Of a stretch of DNA of 64,000 bases, positions 20,622-30,020 are shown one piece after another; position 1 is the first letter of the stretch, and every line of letters starts with the position of its first letter. The notes below the pieces were generated by a model. The model ran no database searches, was not told where the DNA came from, and saw only the letters and a list, made by a program, of their open reading frames with translations. Source of the DNA: a bacterium (GTDB lineage: Bacteria; UBA8248). A program made the translations under genes and the position numbers. Location: NCBI GenBank assembly GCA_965204535.1, contig CBDBEV010000001.1, positions 2,272,001 to 2,336,000 of the forward strand, given 5' to 3'.

Positions 20622-21584
20622 TTATTTCTTCTTCACGAGCTTGTCCACGAGCGCCTTCATGTTCTTGTTTTCCTCCACCATGAAGGATTCGAAGTCCTTT
20701 CCGCTCATGTAGATCACCCGTTCGCCCATGCGCTTCACCATGGACTGGAAGGATTTGTCCTTCACGCCCTTGTCGAAGGCCGCCCGGAGCTGGGCCAGGA
20801 TGTCCGCGGGCGTCTTCTTCGACGCGAAGACCGTCCGGAACATGGCGAACTGCACGTCGAAGCCCTGCTCCTTCATGGTGGGCAGGTTCGGAAGCTGGGG
20901 CAGCCGGTCCGGCGCCGTAATTGCGAGAACGCGGACATTTCCCTTGGAGAGCTGGGGCATCACCGTGGAGGCGAAGGCGGGGGCGATATCGATGTGCCCG
21001 CCGAGGAAGGCCTTCCAGGTGGGGCCGCCGCCCTGGAACGGGACGAACTTCAGCTTGATGCCCGCCTTGAGCGAGAGAAGCTCCATGGGAATCTGGTCCA
21101 CCCCCAGGCCGGGGACGCCCCCGAAGGAGATCTTGCCCGGCCTGCGCTTGGCGTCCTCTATCAGGTCGCGCAGGTTCTTCCAGGGGGCGTCTTTCTTCAC
21201 GGTGATGAGAAGGGGGCTGTAGTTGATCCGCCCCACCGGCACGAAGGACGCCGAGGTATAGGGAAGGCTCTCGATGAGAGGCTTCACCAGGATGCTCTGC
21301 TGATCGCCCAAAATCAGGGTGTGTCCGTCCGCCCGGGCGCGGGCCACGAAGCTCGCTCCGATGGAGCCGCCGCCGCCCGCCCGGATGACCGCGAGCATGG
21401 GCTGGCCCAGATAGGGTTCCATGACGCTCGCGAAGGCGCGCGCGTGCGCGTCGTGCGAGCCGCCCGGCGAATAGGGAATGACCAGCCGGACGGGCTTGTT
21501 CGGGAACTTCGCGGCCTCCAAGTGGGTCGGCGCCAGCCACAGCGCCATGGCCGCGATGAGCAAAATTGCCGAGAGTCGTTTCAT
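20622..21584 (-). CDS. tctC: Tripartite tricarboxylate transporter substrate-binding protein
   Basis: Signal peptide; FPNKPV..IPYSPGGSHD, ADGHT, VPFQGGG and LPNLPTMKEQG motifs. Confidence 0.9.
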   Translation of the reverse strand: MKRLSAILLIAAMALWLAPTHLEAAKFPNKPVRLVIPYSPGGSHDAHARAFASVMEPYLGQPMLAVIRAGGGGSIGASFVARARADGHTLILGDQQSILVKPLIESLPYTSASFVPVGRINYSPLLITVKKDAPWKNLRDLIEDAKRRPGKISFGGVPGLGVDQIPMELLSLKAGIKLKFVPFQGGGPTWKAFLGGHIDIAPAFASTVMPQLSKGNVRVLAITAPDRLPQLPNLPTMKEQGFDVQFAMFRTVFASKKTPADILAQLRAAFDKGVKDKSFQSMVKRMGERVIYMSGKDFESFMVEENKNMKALVDKLVKKK

Positions 21585-21653
21585 GTGAATTCCCTCCTGT
21601 GGGTTGTGATTGCCTTCTCTGAAATCGTGCGCCCAGATTCAGTGAAACCCTCC

Positions 21654-23159
21654 TCATTCATCGCTGCCCAGCGGGGTTCGGCGGCGGGCGCCCCAGACGA
21701 CGAACCCCGCGGCCAGCAACAGGAAAACGAGCGATATAGGCCGGCGGATGAACAGGGAGAGGTCGCCGTCTCCCAGAATGAGCGATTGTCCGAGGGAAGA
21801 CTCGAACGCCTGCCCCAGAATGAAGGTGATGATCAGGGGCGCGACCGGGAAATCGAATTTTCTCAGAAAATAGCCCACCGCACCGAATACCAGCATCACC
21901 TTCACGTCGAAGAAGCTGTTGTTCAGCGCGTACGTCCCCACCACGCAGAACGCCGCCACCACGGGGAAGACCGCCCGTTTCGGGAACCGCGCGATCATGG
22001 CCACGTAGCGCAGGCTGAAGTGCCCGAGGACGAGCATGAGGGCGTTGCAGAGCAGCATGGCGATCAGGATGCTGTAGACGATCGCGCCGTGCTCCTCGAA
22101 AAGTCGCGGCCCCGGCCGGAGCCCCTGCACCATGAAGGCGGCGAAGAGCACCGCGGTCACGATGTCGCCCGGTATCCCGAAGCTGAGCAGGGGGATGAGG
22201 CTCGAACCGTTGACCGCGTTGTTGCCGGTCTCGGCGGCGGCTACGCCCTCGAGCGATCCCTTCCCGAACCGCTCGGGCTCCTTCGACCTCCGGTGGGCCA
22301 GGCCGTAGGAGACGAACGCGGACACCACCTGGCCCAGGCCTGGTATTGCGCCAATGATCGTGCCGACCACCGCCGAGCGCGAAATCGTCCGGCCGCAGCT
22401 CTTGAACTCCTCCAGGGTCAGGGGTTCGTTGCCCTCGGCATTCCATGCGGTCACGCGCTTCTCGTCCTCGGCCACCCGCTCCTCCCGGGTCCTCTCTCCG
22501 TAGAGGAATATCTCGGAGAGCGCGAAGATTCCGATGAGCATCGCGATGAAAGAGATTCCCCCGGTCAGGTCCACCGAGCCGAAGGTGAAGCGCCGCACCC
22601 CGATCAGGGGGTCGAGGCCGACCGAGCTCAGGAACAGCCCGAGGGCGGCGGCCATCAGCCCCCGGATCACCGAGCGGCCGGTGACGCAGCTGATGATGGC
22701 GAAGCTGAACACGAAGATGGCGAAGTATTCAGGCGGCCCCACCAGGAGGGCGACCGCCGCGATGGCGCCCGCGATGAAGATGGTGACGATATCGCTGAAG
22801 GTGTCCCCGATGACGGAGGAATAGAGCGCCATCTCCAGGGCCTTCCTCGCCTTTCCCTGCTGGGAGAGGGGGTAGCCGTCCAGGACGGTGGCCGCGGCCG
22901 CGCCCGTCCCCGGCGTGTTGATGAGAATCGCGGGTATCGATCCGCCGAAAATCGCTCCCTTCGTGATGGCCAGGAGGAAGGGAATCCCCAGAACGGGTTC
23001 GACGAAGAACGAGATCGGCAGCAGAACCGCCACCGCCATGGCGGCCGTGAGGCCGGGGAGGCCGCCCACCACGATCCCCAGCAGCATCCCGATCACCAGG
23101 ACGGCGAGCACGTCGAAGCGCAGGCTCAGGAGCAGGCCTTCCCCCAACTGGGCCCACAT
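21654..23159 (-). CDS. tctA: TctA-family permease
   Basis: GLPGLTA, GGSIPAILINTPG, DGYPL, ETGNNA and FGIPGD motifs. Confidence 0.92.
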   Translation of the reverse strand: MWAQLGEGLLLSLRFDVLAVLVIGMLLGIVVGGLPGLTAAMAVAVLLPISFFVEPVLGIPFLLAITKGAIFGGSIPAILINTPGTGAAAATVLDGYPLSQQGKARKALEMALYSSVIGDTFSDIVTIFIAGAIAAVALLVGPPEYFAIFVFSFAIISCVTGRSVIRGLMAAALGLFLSSVGLDPLIGVRRFTFGSVDLTGGISFIAMLIGIFALSEIFLYGERTREERVAEDEKRVTAWNAEGNEPLTLEEFKSCGRTISRSAVVGTIIGAIPGLGQVVSAFVSYGLAHRRSKEPERFGKGSLEGVAAAETGNNAVNGSSLIPLLSFGIPGDIVTAVLFAAFMVQGLRPGPRLFEEHGAIVYSILIAMLLCNALMLVLGHFSLRYVAMIARFPKRAVFPVVAAFCVVGTYALNNSFFDVKVMLVFGAVGYFLRKFDFPVAPLIITFILGQAFESSLGQSLILGDGDLSLFIRRPISLVFLLLAAGFVVWGARRRTPLGSDE

Positions 23160-23160
23160 C

Positions 23161-23643
23161 CTAGAAAACCCCGCCGAAAAGCCTGCCTTCCGGCAGCACG
23201 ACGCCCAGAAAATGTCCGAAGAAGACCCAGATGAAGAGCGGGGTGAGCAAGACGATCAGCGCGAGGGTCCGCCATTCGCGCATCCCGAGCTGAAAGGCGA
23301 ACAGGGCGACAGCGACGGGGGTGGCGGGGAGCATACCGAACCACTCGACGAGGAAGATGTAGAGGACGAAGGTGGCGAACGGCGCCAGGGCGCGGGCCCG
23401 AAGCGGCCCGCCGGGAGGAGGCTCACGCCCGGAGGAGGGGGCGAACCAGGCTCGCGCGGTCATCAGGGCGGCCATGAGCGCCAGCAGGGAGAGGGCCAGA
23501 GCGGGGAAGGCGCCGGGTGGAAACGGGATGGTCCGCTCCCCCAGCTTTCGGAGCAGCACCTGGCTGGGTATCAGCGCAAGCCCTGTCAGGCTGAAGGCGA
23601 GAACGAAAAGCCCGACCCACGTTTCCCAGTGAAACCGCTTCAT
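23161..23643 (-). CDS. tctB: TctB-family small membrane protein
   Basis: About 4 TM helices, PGAFP motif, C-terminal LGVVLPEG; directly upstream of tctA. Confidence 0.8.
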   Translation of the reverse strand: MKRFHWETWVGLFVLAFSLTGLALIPSQVLLRKLGERTIPFPPGAFPALALSLLALMAALMTARAWFAPSSGREPPPGGPLRARALAPFATFVLYIFLVEWFGMLPATPVAVALFAFQLGMREWRTLALIVLLTPLFIWVFFGHFLGVVLPEGRLFGGVF

Positions 23644-24020
23644 GGTGCTCTGCCTCCAGCCGAGCGCTCATGACTGCAAGGCCGGCTCTCCGAGCAAAGC
23701 GCAGCGATGATCGACCTGACGCTCCTCCGCGGAAAACGGCTCGGCGAAGGATCACGCTTCCGGCGGCCTTTTTGGGGGCCGAGGGAGCCGTCATTTCGAT
23801 TTCTGCTATGCACACAGATTACGGGAGCGTGTCTTTCGGGTCAAACGGAATTGTTTCCCGACCCGCTCCGCGGCCGCTTTTTCACCGGGTGAGCATGGGG
23901 AAATCTCCTGTATGTTTTCCCTTTGCGATTTCGCCTCGGTTGCCACCCCAAAACCCCTTGTGTAATGTTGATCGAACCGAAAAGACAGATTCTCTAAATT
24001 CCTGCACGAGGGAGGGTGCC

Positions 24021-25409
24021 ATGGCTACAAAGACCAAGGTAGATGTCCTGATCGAGAACGGAACCGTCGTTACCGTGGACCCTGAGCGGCGGGTCATCCG
24101 AAACGGCGCGGTCGCCATCACGAGGAACCGGATCAAGGACGTCGGGAAGGCTTCGGCGCTCCGGAAAAAATACGAGGCCAAACGGACCTACGACGCCACC
24201 ATGAAGCTCGTCACCCCCGGCCTCATCAACGCGCACATCCATTTCTACCACCACATGCACCGGGGTCTCTCGCCCGAGACCCTGGCGGGGATGATGTGGT
24301 CCGACTTCGTTCACCGCAAGGTCGCCACCATCGTGAGTGCGGAGGACGAGATATGGGGCGGACTCGGGATTCTGGTCGAAACCCTGAAGACCGGCGTTAC
24401 GACCTTCCTCGAGGCGGGCTCCTACAACATCGGCCCCGTCATCGAGGGCGTCTCCCGCATCGGAATGCGGGGCCTGATGGGCCGCAGGTCCTTCGATATG
24501 GTGAGCCAGGGCCACGACATGCTGGTCGATAGCACCCGGAAGTGCCTGAACGAAAACGAGAAGTTCATGAAGGACTACCGGGGCGGGGTGGGGCTCGTGA
24601 AACCCTGCGTCGTCGTCGTGGGGATGGGGCGTTGCTCCGACAGGCTCTACGTCAAGTCCAAGGAGATGGCGGATGAGTACAAGACCATCCTCCACATGCA
24701 CCAGGCCAACATGATCGAGAACGTCCAGGAGAGCCTGAGCTTGAACGGCGCCCGCCCCATCGAGCACCTCTACAACATCGGCGCCCTCGGAAAGAACGTG
24801 GCCCTCACCCACATGATCCACGTGAGCGCGAAGGAGATCGGGCTTCTCGCCGAGACGCGGGCGAACGTCCTGCATTGCCCGAGCACCGCCATGAAGATCA
24901 GCTACGGCCTCGCCGCCTTCGGGAAGTTCCCGGAGATGATGGAGGCGGGCGTCAACGTCGCCATCGGGACCGACGCGTCCGACTGCTCGAACTTCAACGA
25001 CATGGTGCGACTCATGTTCCTGGCGGCGGCGACGCCCAAGGACTACCGCTACGACCCGGCTGCGGGGAGCGCCGAGAAGGCCATCGAGATGGCGACCATC
25101 AACGGCGCAAAGGCGATGAACATGGAGCGGGAGATCGGCTCCCTGGAACCCGGCAAGAAGGCCGACGTCGCCATCTTCGACATGAAGCGGCCGGACTGGG
25201 TTCCCCTCTACAACGAACTCCAGAATTTCGTCTATTCGGCCCAGGGCAACAGCTGCGAGAGCGTCATGATCGACGGGAAGTTCGTGATGGAAAACCGCGA
25301 GGTCAAGACGATAGACGAGATGGAGATCGTGGAGCAGGTCGGGCGCCTGGCGAAAGGGGTCATGAAGCGGAGCAAGGTGCCGCTCTACAGCCCGTGGAAG
25401 TTCATCTAG
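24021..25409 (+). CDS. Metal-dependent amidohydrolase (MTA/SAH/guanine deaminase-like, SsnA/AtzA type)
   Basis: PGLINAHIH, GVTT, HCPST, VAIGTD, EMATINGA and GSLEPGKKAD motifs; GGAGG RBS before ATG 24021. Confidence 0.88.
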   Translation: MATKTKVDVLIENGTVVTVDPERRVIRNGAVAITRNRIKDVGKASALRKKYEAKRTYDATMKLVTPGLINAHIHFYHHMHRGLSPETLAGMMWSDFVHRKVATIVSAEDEIWGGLGILVETLKTGVTTFLEAGSYNIGPVIEGVSRIGMRGLMGRRSFDMVSQGHDMLVDSTRKCLNENEKFMKDYRGGVGLVKPCVVVVGMGRCSDRLYVKSKEMADEYKTILHMHQANMIENVQESLSLNGARPIEHLYNIGALGKNVALTHMIHVSAKEIGLLAETRANVLHCPSTAMKISYGLAAFGKFPEMMEAGVNVAIGTDASDCSNFNDMVRLMFLAAATPKDYRYDPAAGSAEKAIEMATINGAKAMNMEREIGSLEPGKKADVAIFDMKRPDWVPLYNELQNFVYSAQGNSCESVMIDGKFVMENREVKTIDEMEIVEQVGRLAKGVMKRSKVPLYSPWKFI

Positions 25410-25436
25410 TCCCGGCTACCCGGACGAGGAACCCTC

Positions 25437-26570
25437 ATGACGCGCATCGCCACCACCCACGTCGGGTCGCTGCCGCGCAGCCGGCGGGCGCTCGATTTTC
25501 TCTTCGCCCGCGACCGGGAGGAGCCCTACGACGCGGAAGAGTTCGCCGCCTGCATGGCGGAAGAATGCGCGGAGACGGTTCGCAAACAGGTCGAAGCTGG
25601 AGTCGACATCGTCTCCGACGGCGAGACGTCGAAGATTTCCTACACCACCTACGTCAAGAACCGCTACACCGGCTTCTCGGGCAACAGCGCGCGAGCCGTA
25701 CCGGGGGACCTCAAACTCTTCCCGCGCTATCTCGAACGCCTCGCGAGCCAGGGCGGGACGCCCAAGCTCGTCCGCCCGCAATGCACCGGGCCGGTCGCGC
25801 CCAAGGACGACTTGGAGCTTCGGGCCGACATCGCCAATATGAAGAACGCGATGGCGGCGCACGGTGCGGAGCGCGGATTCCTGAACGCGGCGTCGCCCGG
25901 CGTGGTCGCGCTGTTCATGCCGAACGCCTACTACCCCTCCCGCGAGGCCTACATGGAGGCCCTCGCCGACGCGCTGAAGGCGGAATACGACGCGATACTC
26001 GCGGCGGGCTTCGACCTGCAGCTCGACTGTCCCGACTTGGGCCTCGCGCGCCACGTGCTGTATGAGGATCGCACAGACGCCGAGTTCGGCGAGATCGCGG
26101 CGGCCAATGTCGAGGTACTGAACCACGCGCTGCGCGACGCCGACCCGGCGCGGGTGCGGGTCCACATCTGCTGGGGCAATTACGAGGGGCCCCACGTGTG
26201 CGACGTCGGGCTGGACCACGTGTTCTCCGCCCTGATGTCGGCGCGCGCCCGCTACGTCCTGTTCGAGAACGCCAACCCGCGCCACGAGCACGAGTGGACC
26301 GTATTCCGCGACCGGCTGGCCGAGATACCCGGGGAGACGATACTCGTGCCGGGCGTCATCGACACGACGAGCAACTTCGTGGAGCATCCGGAACTCATCG
26401 CGCAGCGGATCGGGCGCTTCGTGGAAATCGTGGGTCCGGAGCGGGTGGTCGCCGGAACCGACTGCGGGTTCGGGACCTTCGCCGGCTTCGGGTCGGTCGA
26501 CCCCGACATCGTCTACGTCAAGCTCGCGGCCCTGGCCGAGGGCGCCGCCATCGCGTCCGGGAGAATCTGA
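25437..26570 (+). CDS. Cobalamin-independent methionine synthase II family (MetE C-terminal-like) protein, second paralog
   Basis: TTHVGSLPR, SDGE, HICWGNYEGPH, FENANPRHEHEW and DCGFGTFAG motifs. Confidence 0.9.
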   Translation: MTRIATTHVGSLPRSRRALDFLFARDREEPYDAEEFAACMAEECAETVRKQVEAGVDIVSDGETSKISYTTYVKNRYTGFSGNSARAVPGDLKLFPRYLERLASQGGTPKLVRPQCTGPVAPKDDLELRADIANMKNAMAAHGAERGFLNAASPGVVALFMPNAYYPSREAYMEALADALKAEYDAILAAGFDLQLDCPDLGLARHVLYEDRTDAEFGEIAAANVEVLNHALRDADPARVRVHICWGNYEGPHVCDVGLDHVFSALMSARARYVLFENANPRHEHEWTVFRDRLAEIPGETILVPGVIDTTSNFVEHPELIAQRIGRFVEIVGPERVVAGTDCGFGTFAGFGSVDPDIVYVKLAALAEGAAIASGRI

Positions 26571-26704
26571 GGCGCGCCGCAACCGGCGGGCGAAGCTGAA
26601 AGCCCCCTTCCGGAGAAACTGACGTGGGAAAACAACGGCTCGAAAACAGGCCTTGCATAATGACCTGTTTATGGACTATATTTGGTTCGGCAAGGAGGGA
26701 GCCA

Positions 26705-26980
26705 ATGAGCCTGTCCAGCCGAATCAAGCCAATCAGTTATCTCAAGGCCCACGCTTCGGAGATTGTGCGCACGCTTCGCGATGAAGGGGAACCCTTGATC
26801 ATCACCCAGAACGGTGAAGCCAAGGCGGTCGTGCAGGATATCGACGCCTACGAGCAGATGCAGGAGACCATGGCGCTGCTCAAGATCCTCGCGCTGGGGA
26901 GCCGCCAGATCGAAGAGGGCCGGGTGCAACCAGCCGCCGACATCATCGCGCGTTTGCGGGAGCGGCGACAGACTTCCTGA
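26705..26980 (+). CDS. Type II TA antitoxin, Phd/YefM family
   Basis: IKPISYLKAH...PLIITQNGEAKAV motif; AGGAGG RBS; TGATG overlap with the toxin gene. Confidence 0.9.
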   Translation: MSLSSRIKPISYLKAHASEIVRTLRDEGEPLIITQNGEAKAVVQDIDAYEQMQETMALLKILALGSRQIEEGRVQPAADIIARLRERRQTS

Positions 26981-27306
26981 TGCCCTTTTCGGTGCAGTTG
27001 ACCGATGACGCGGCGCGCGACCTGGAGGAACTCTGCGATTACATCGAAAGACACGATACGCCGGGAAGGGCGGATCATGTTTTGGAACAACTCGAAAAGG
27101 TGTTCGACAACCTGTCCGCGTATCCCCACCGAGGAAACTATCCGAAAGAATTGCTGGAAGTCGGGATTCGGGAGTACCGTGAAGTCTTTTTCAAGCCCTA
27201 TCGTGTTATCTACCAAGTGATAGAAAACGAGGTCTATGTGCTCCTGATCGCAGACGGGCGGCGCGACATGCAGACGTTGCTGGAGCGGCGCTTGCTGCAG
27301 ACATGA
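26980..27306 (+). CDS. Type II TA toxin, RelE/ParE family
   Basis: AARDLEELCDYI, YPHRG, KPYRVIY and DGRRDM motifs. Confidence 0.9.
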   Translation: MPFSVQLTDDAARDLEELCDYIERHDTPGRADHVLEQLEKVFDNLSAYPHRGNYPKELLEVGIREYREVFFKPYRVIYQVIENEVYVLLIADGRRDMQTLLERRLLQT

Positions 27307-27384
27307 CCCCCATCTTTTCACCCGGCCCGGCAACGTTCCCGTCAGGAGATGCGTGTCCGATGGCGGCGATTTCTAAGACGAGCT

Positions 27385-28779
27385 TTACTCCGAGCTTTTA
27401 GACGCGGCGCGCGCGACGAATCGGCCGTAGCCCGGCTCCTGCACCAGTTCCCCGTCCCGGAGGAGCGGCCTCCCGCGCAGGAGGCTGTGCTCCAGTTTCC
27501 CTTTGAGTTCCCATCCCTCGAATAGCGAGTAGTCGGAATTCGTGTGCTGCCCCGCCGCCGTCACTCTTGAACTCCCTTCGGGGTCGACCACGACGAGGTC
27601 GGCGTCGGAGCCGACGAGAAGCGCGCCTTTCTGCGGGTAGCAGCCAAGTGCGCGCGCGGGGTTCTCGCTCGTGAGCTGCACGAGGCGCTCGGCGGAAATC
27701 CTCCCGCGGGCGACGCCCTCGCTGTAGAGAACGGGCAGGAGCGTCTCGATGCCCGGCGCGCCGAAGGGCGATTCGGTGAAGGGCGGGTCGTTCTTCTGCG
27801 CCTTCGTGTAGGGGGCGTGATCGCTCCCGATGAGGCTGATCCATCCCTCCTCGATGCCCTTCCAGAGCGCCGCGATGTCCGCCTCCGCCCGCAGCGGAGG
27901 CGCCACCTTGGCCGGGGCGCCCATCTCCCGGATGGCATCTCCTGTGAGGGTCAAATACTGCGGGCAGGTTTCCACGACGATGTCCTTCCCGGCGGTCAGC
28001 CCGCGCCGCGCCTCATCCAGGGCCAGTTCCGCCGTCAAGTGAACGATGTAGAGCGGGCAGCCCGCGAGATCCGCCAGGCGGATCGATTTCGCGACCGACT
28101 CGGCTTCCAGCTCCGGCGGGCGCGAGTATTCCTGGAAGTCGGCGCCGTCCAGGCCTTCGCCAAAGGCCTTGTTCTCCAGGTAGTCGATGACGGGGCCGTT
28201 TTCGGCGTGGACGAGCACGGTGCCCCCGTGACGCCCCACGATATCGAGCGCCGCGTAGAAGTATTCGTCCGGGATGCAGCGCCCGCGGCCCCGCTTCTTG
28301 TAGCCCATCATGACCTTGAACGTCGTGACGCCGCCCTCGATGGCCCTGGGGATCTCGGCGAGGTAGTCGAAGTCCTCGAATATCCAGGCGTGCAGCGAAA
28401 AGTCGACCACGCTCCCCGCTTCGCCCTCCTCGCGGATGCGGTCCAGCGTGGTGAGCATGGTCTCGTTCTCCTCGCCCGTGGCGAAGACGACCATGGTGGT
28501 GACGCCCCCGTGGGCGGCGCTGCGGGCCACGTCGGCTAAGGAATCGATATGGCTGGAGTACGCCCGGCAGTGGACGTGGGGGTCGATGACGCCGGGCATG
28601 ACGAGCCTGCCCGTCACGTCCAGCACCTCAACGGCGGCGGGCATATTTTCCGGCGCGCCGATACAGGCGACCCTCCCGTCGCGGACGCCGAGAGCGGCCT
28701 CCTGGCGGCCCTGGCCGGATACGAGCGTGCCGCCCCTCACGAGCAGGTCGAGCGGTTTCTGACGGGTACTGTCTGACAT
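27385..28779 (-). CDS. Cyclic amidohydrolase (dihydropyrimidinase/hydantoinase/allantoinase-like)
   Basis: PGVIDPHVH, GGVTT, FKVMM (carbamylated-Lys position), VHAEN, ETCPQYL, PPLR and SDHAP motifs. Confidence 0.88.
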   Translation of the reverse strand: MSDSTRQKPLDLLVRGGTLVSGQGRQEAALGVRDGRVACIGAPENMPAAVEVLDVTGRLVMPGVIDPHVHCRAYSSHIDSLADVARSAAHGGVTTMVVFATGEENETMLTTLDRIREEGEAGSVVDFSLHAWIFEDFDYLAEIPRAIEGGVTTFKVMMGYKKRGRGRCIPDEYFYAALDIVGRHGGTVLVHAENGPVIDYLENKAFGEGLDGADFQEYSRPPELEAESVAKSIRLADLAGCPLYIVHLTAELALDEARRGLTAGKDIVVETCPQYLTLTGDAIREMGAPAKVAPPLRAEADIAALWKGIEEGWISLIGSDHAPYTKAQKNDPPFTESPFGAPGIETLLPVLYSEGVARGRISAERLVQLTSENPARALGCYPQKGALLVGSDADLVVVDPEGSSRVTAAGQHTNSDYSLFEGWELKGKLEHSLLRGRPLLRDGELVQEPGYGRFVARAASKSSE

Positions 28780-29022
28780 GGAAAACCTCCCTTGCGGACG
28801 GCCGCCGGCGCCGGAACAGGCCCTTCACGCCCGCTCCTCTTATGGCGAAATGATCCGGCGGCGAAGCGGCAATCGAATTGTAATGCTTTCGCTGATGAAG
28901 GAGGAGCATACCATAAAACCCGCGTGGGTCGCCTGTTGATGGGGAATCGCAGCGGCGGGTCGCATCTATGCGGCTCCTGCAACAAAAGACTGGATTGCAA
29001 TGGGTCCGTTGGGGCCGTATAG

Positions 29023-29178
29023 AGAGTTGTTGAAAAAGCCCTCTTGCCAGGGAATAAAGGCAACCCCCCCTACCCCCCCTTGTCAGGGGGGTAAAAAAAG
29101 CAAAGCCCCTTCAACCCGGCGGGGACGTATCGCCTTTTCATACCCCCCTGTCAAGGGGGGGTAGGGGGGGTTGGTTTT
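29023..29178. repeat. REPIN-like hairpin with MITE-type end
   Basis: GTTGTTGAAAAAGCC end and poly-C/poly-G inverted arms. The spacer is the reverse complement of the spacers at ~19260 and ~32580. Confidence 0.75.
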
Positions 29179-29181
29179 TGA

Positions 29182-29223
29182 GTCGAGGGCGCAACGGATG
29201 TGGACATAGAGGACTACCACTGA
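29182..29223 (+). pseudogene. higB: 3' remnant of a HigB-type toxin
   Basis: Reads VEGATDVDIEDYH*, the typical HigB C-terminus (..DVD.EDYH). TGATG overlap with higA; the upstream part is replaced by repeats. Confidence 0.7.
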
Positions 29224-29528
29224 TGATCGAGAGACACCCTTCCATCGACCCGGCGCATCCGGGAGAAATCCTGCGCGAGGACGTACTGCCCGCCCTGGGC
29301 GTCAGCAAGACGGCGGTGGCCGCGGCCCTCGGCATATCCCGGCAGACGCTCTACGACATCCTGAACGAGAAGCAGCCGGTCACCGCCGAGATGGCGGTCC
29401 GCTTCGGCAAGCTCTTCGGCAACGGCCCGGGCTTCTGGAGCAACCTCCAGCGCAACTACGATCTGGCGCGCGCGGAACGGGCGGTGGACGTAAGCGGGAT
29501 ACCGACGCTCGAAGCGAGGGGCGTTTAG
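29223..29528 (+). CDS. higA: HigA-family addiction-module antitoxin
   Basis: HPGEILRED, HTH ALGISRQTL, VTAEMAVR and FWSNLQ..YDL motifs. Confidence 0.92.
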   Translation: MIERHPSIDPAHPGEILREDVLPALGVSKTAVAAALGISRQTLYDILNEKQPVTAEMAVRFGKLFGNGPGFWSNLQRNYDLARAERAVDVSGIPTLEARGV

Positions 29529-29962
29529 GGGGTTGTTGAAAAAGGCCTCTCCTCAGGGGATAAAGGACAGCCCCTCCTCGGGGCTGTCCTGCCCCCCCTA
29601 CCCCCCCTTGTCAGGGGGTCTTTTTTTATTCCCCCCTGTCGGGGGGACCTTCTTCTACCGAGAAGAATTTTACATTCACTCCCCCCTTGAGGGTCGGTCT
29701 TTCCCCTCGGGAAGACCGACGGCAAGACGAGGGCGAAGCCCGAAGTCGCGCCGGTGGGGGGAGCTTTTATTTGTGGCATGTCCCCCCACCGAATCGGCCT
29801 TCGCACAAACCGCTCGGCCTCTTCGTCTGGCTTTCCCCTTGGGAAGCCAGACCCTCAAGGGGGGAGTTGATCCTTTTTTGCGGGGGTTGCCTTTTCATAC
29901 CCCCCTGTCAAGGGGGGTAGGGGGGGTTGGTTTTGTAGGGACAGGTCGCGACCTGTCCCTAC
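29528..29962. repeat. Repeat mosaic (MITE end, poly-C/G hairpins, ACTCCCCCCTTGAGGG-bounded element, GTAG-REP)
   Basis: GGGGTTGTTGAAAAA end; element ACTCCCCCCTTGAGGG...CCCTCAAGGGGGGAGT (~29679-29867); GTAGGGACAGGTCGCGACCTGTCCCTAC (29935-29962). Confidence 0.8.
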
Positions 29963-30020
29963 GGATAAATCTAGAAGGTCGGGATTCACTCCCCCCCGAC
30001 ACTCCTGCCTGCGCCTGCCC

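Noticed and set aside
20442-23234. 930-aa ORF on the + strand, and similar long antisense ORFs such as 33996-37574 (-) and 8073-9854 (-)
   Set aside because: These are shadow frames of high-GC genes that have clear family motifs on the opposite strand.
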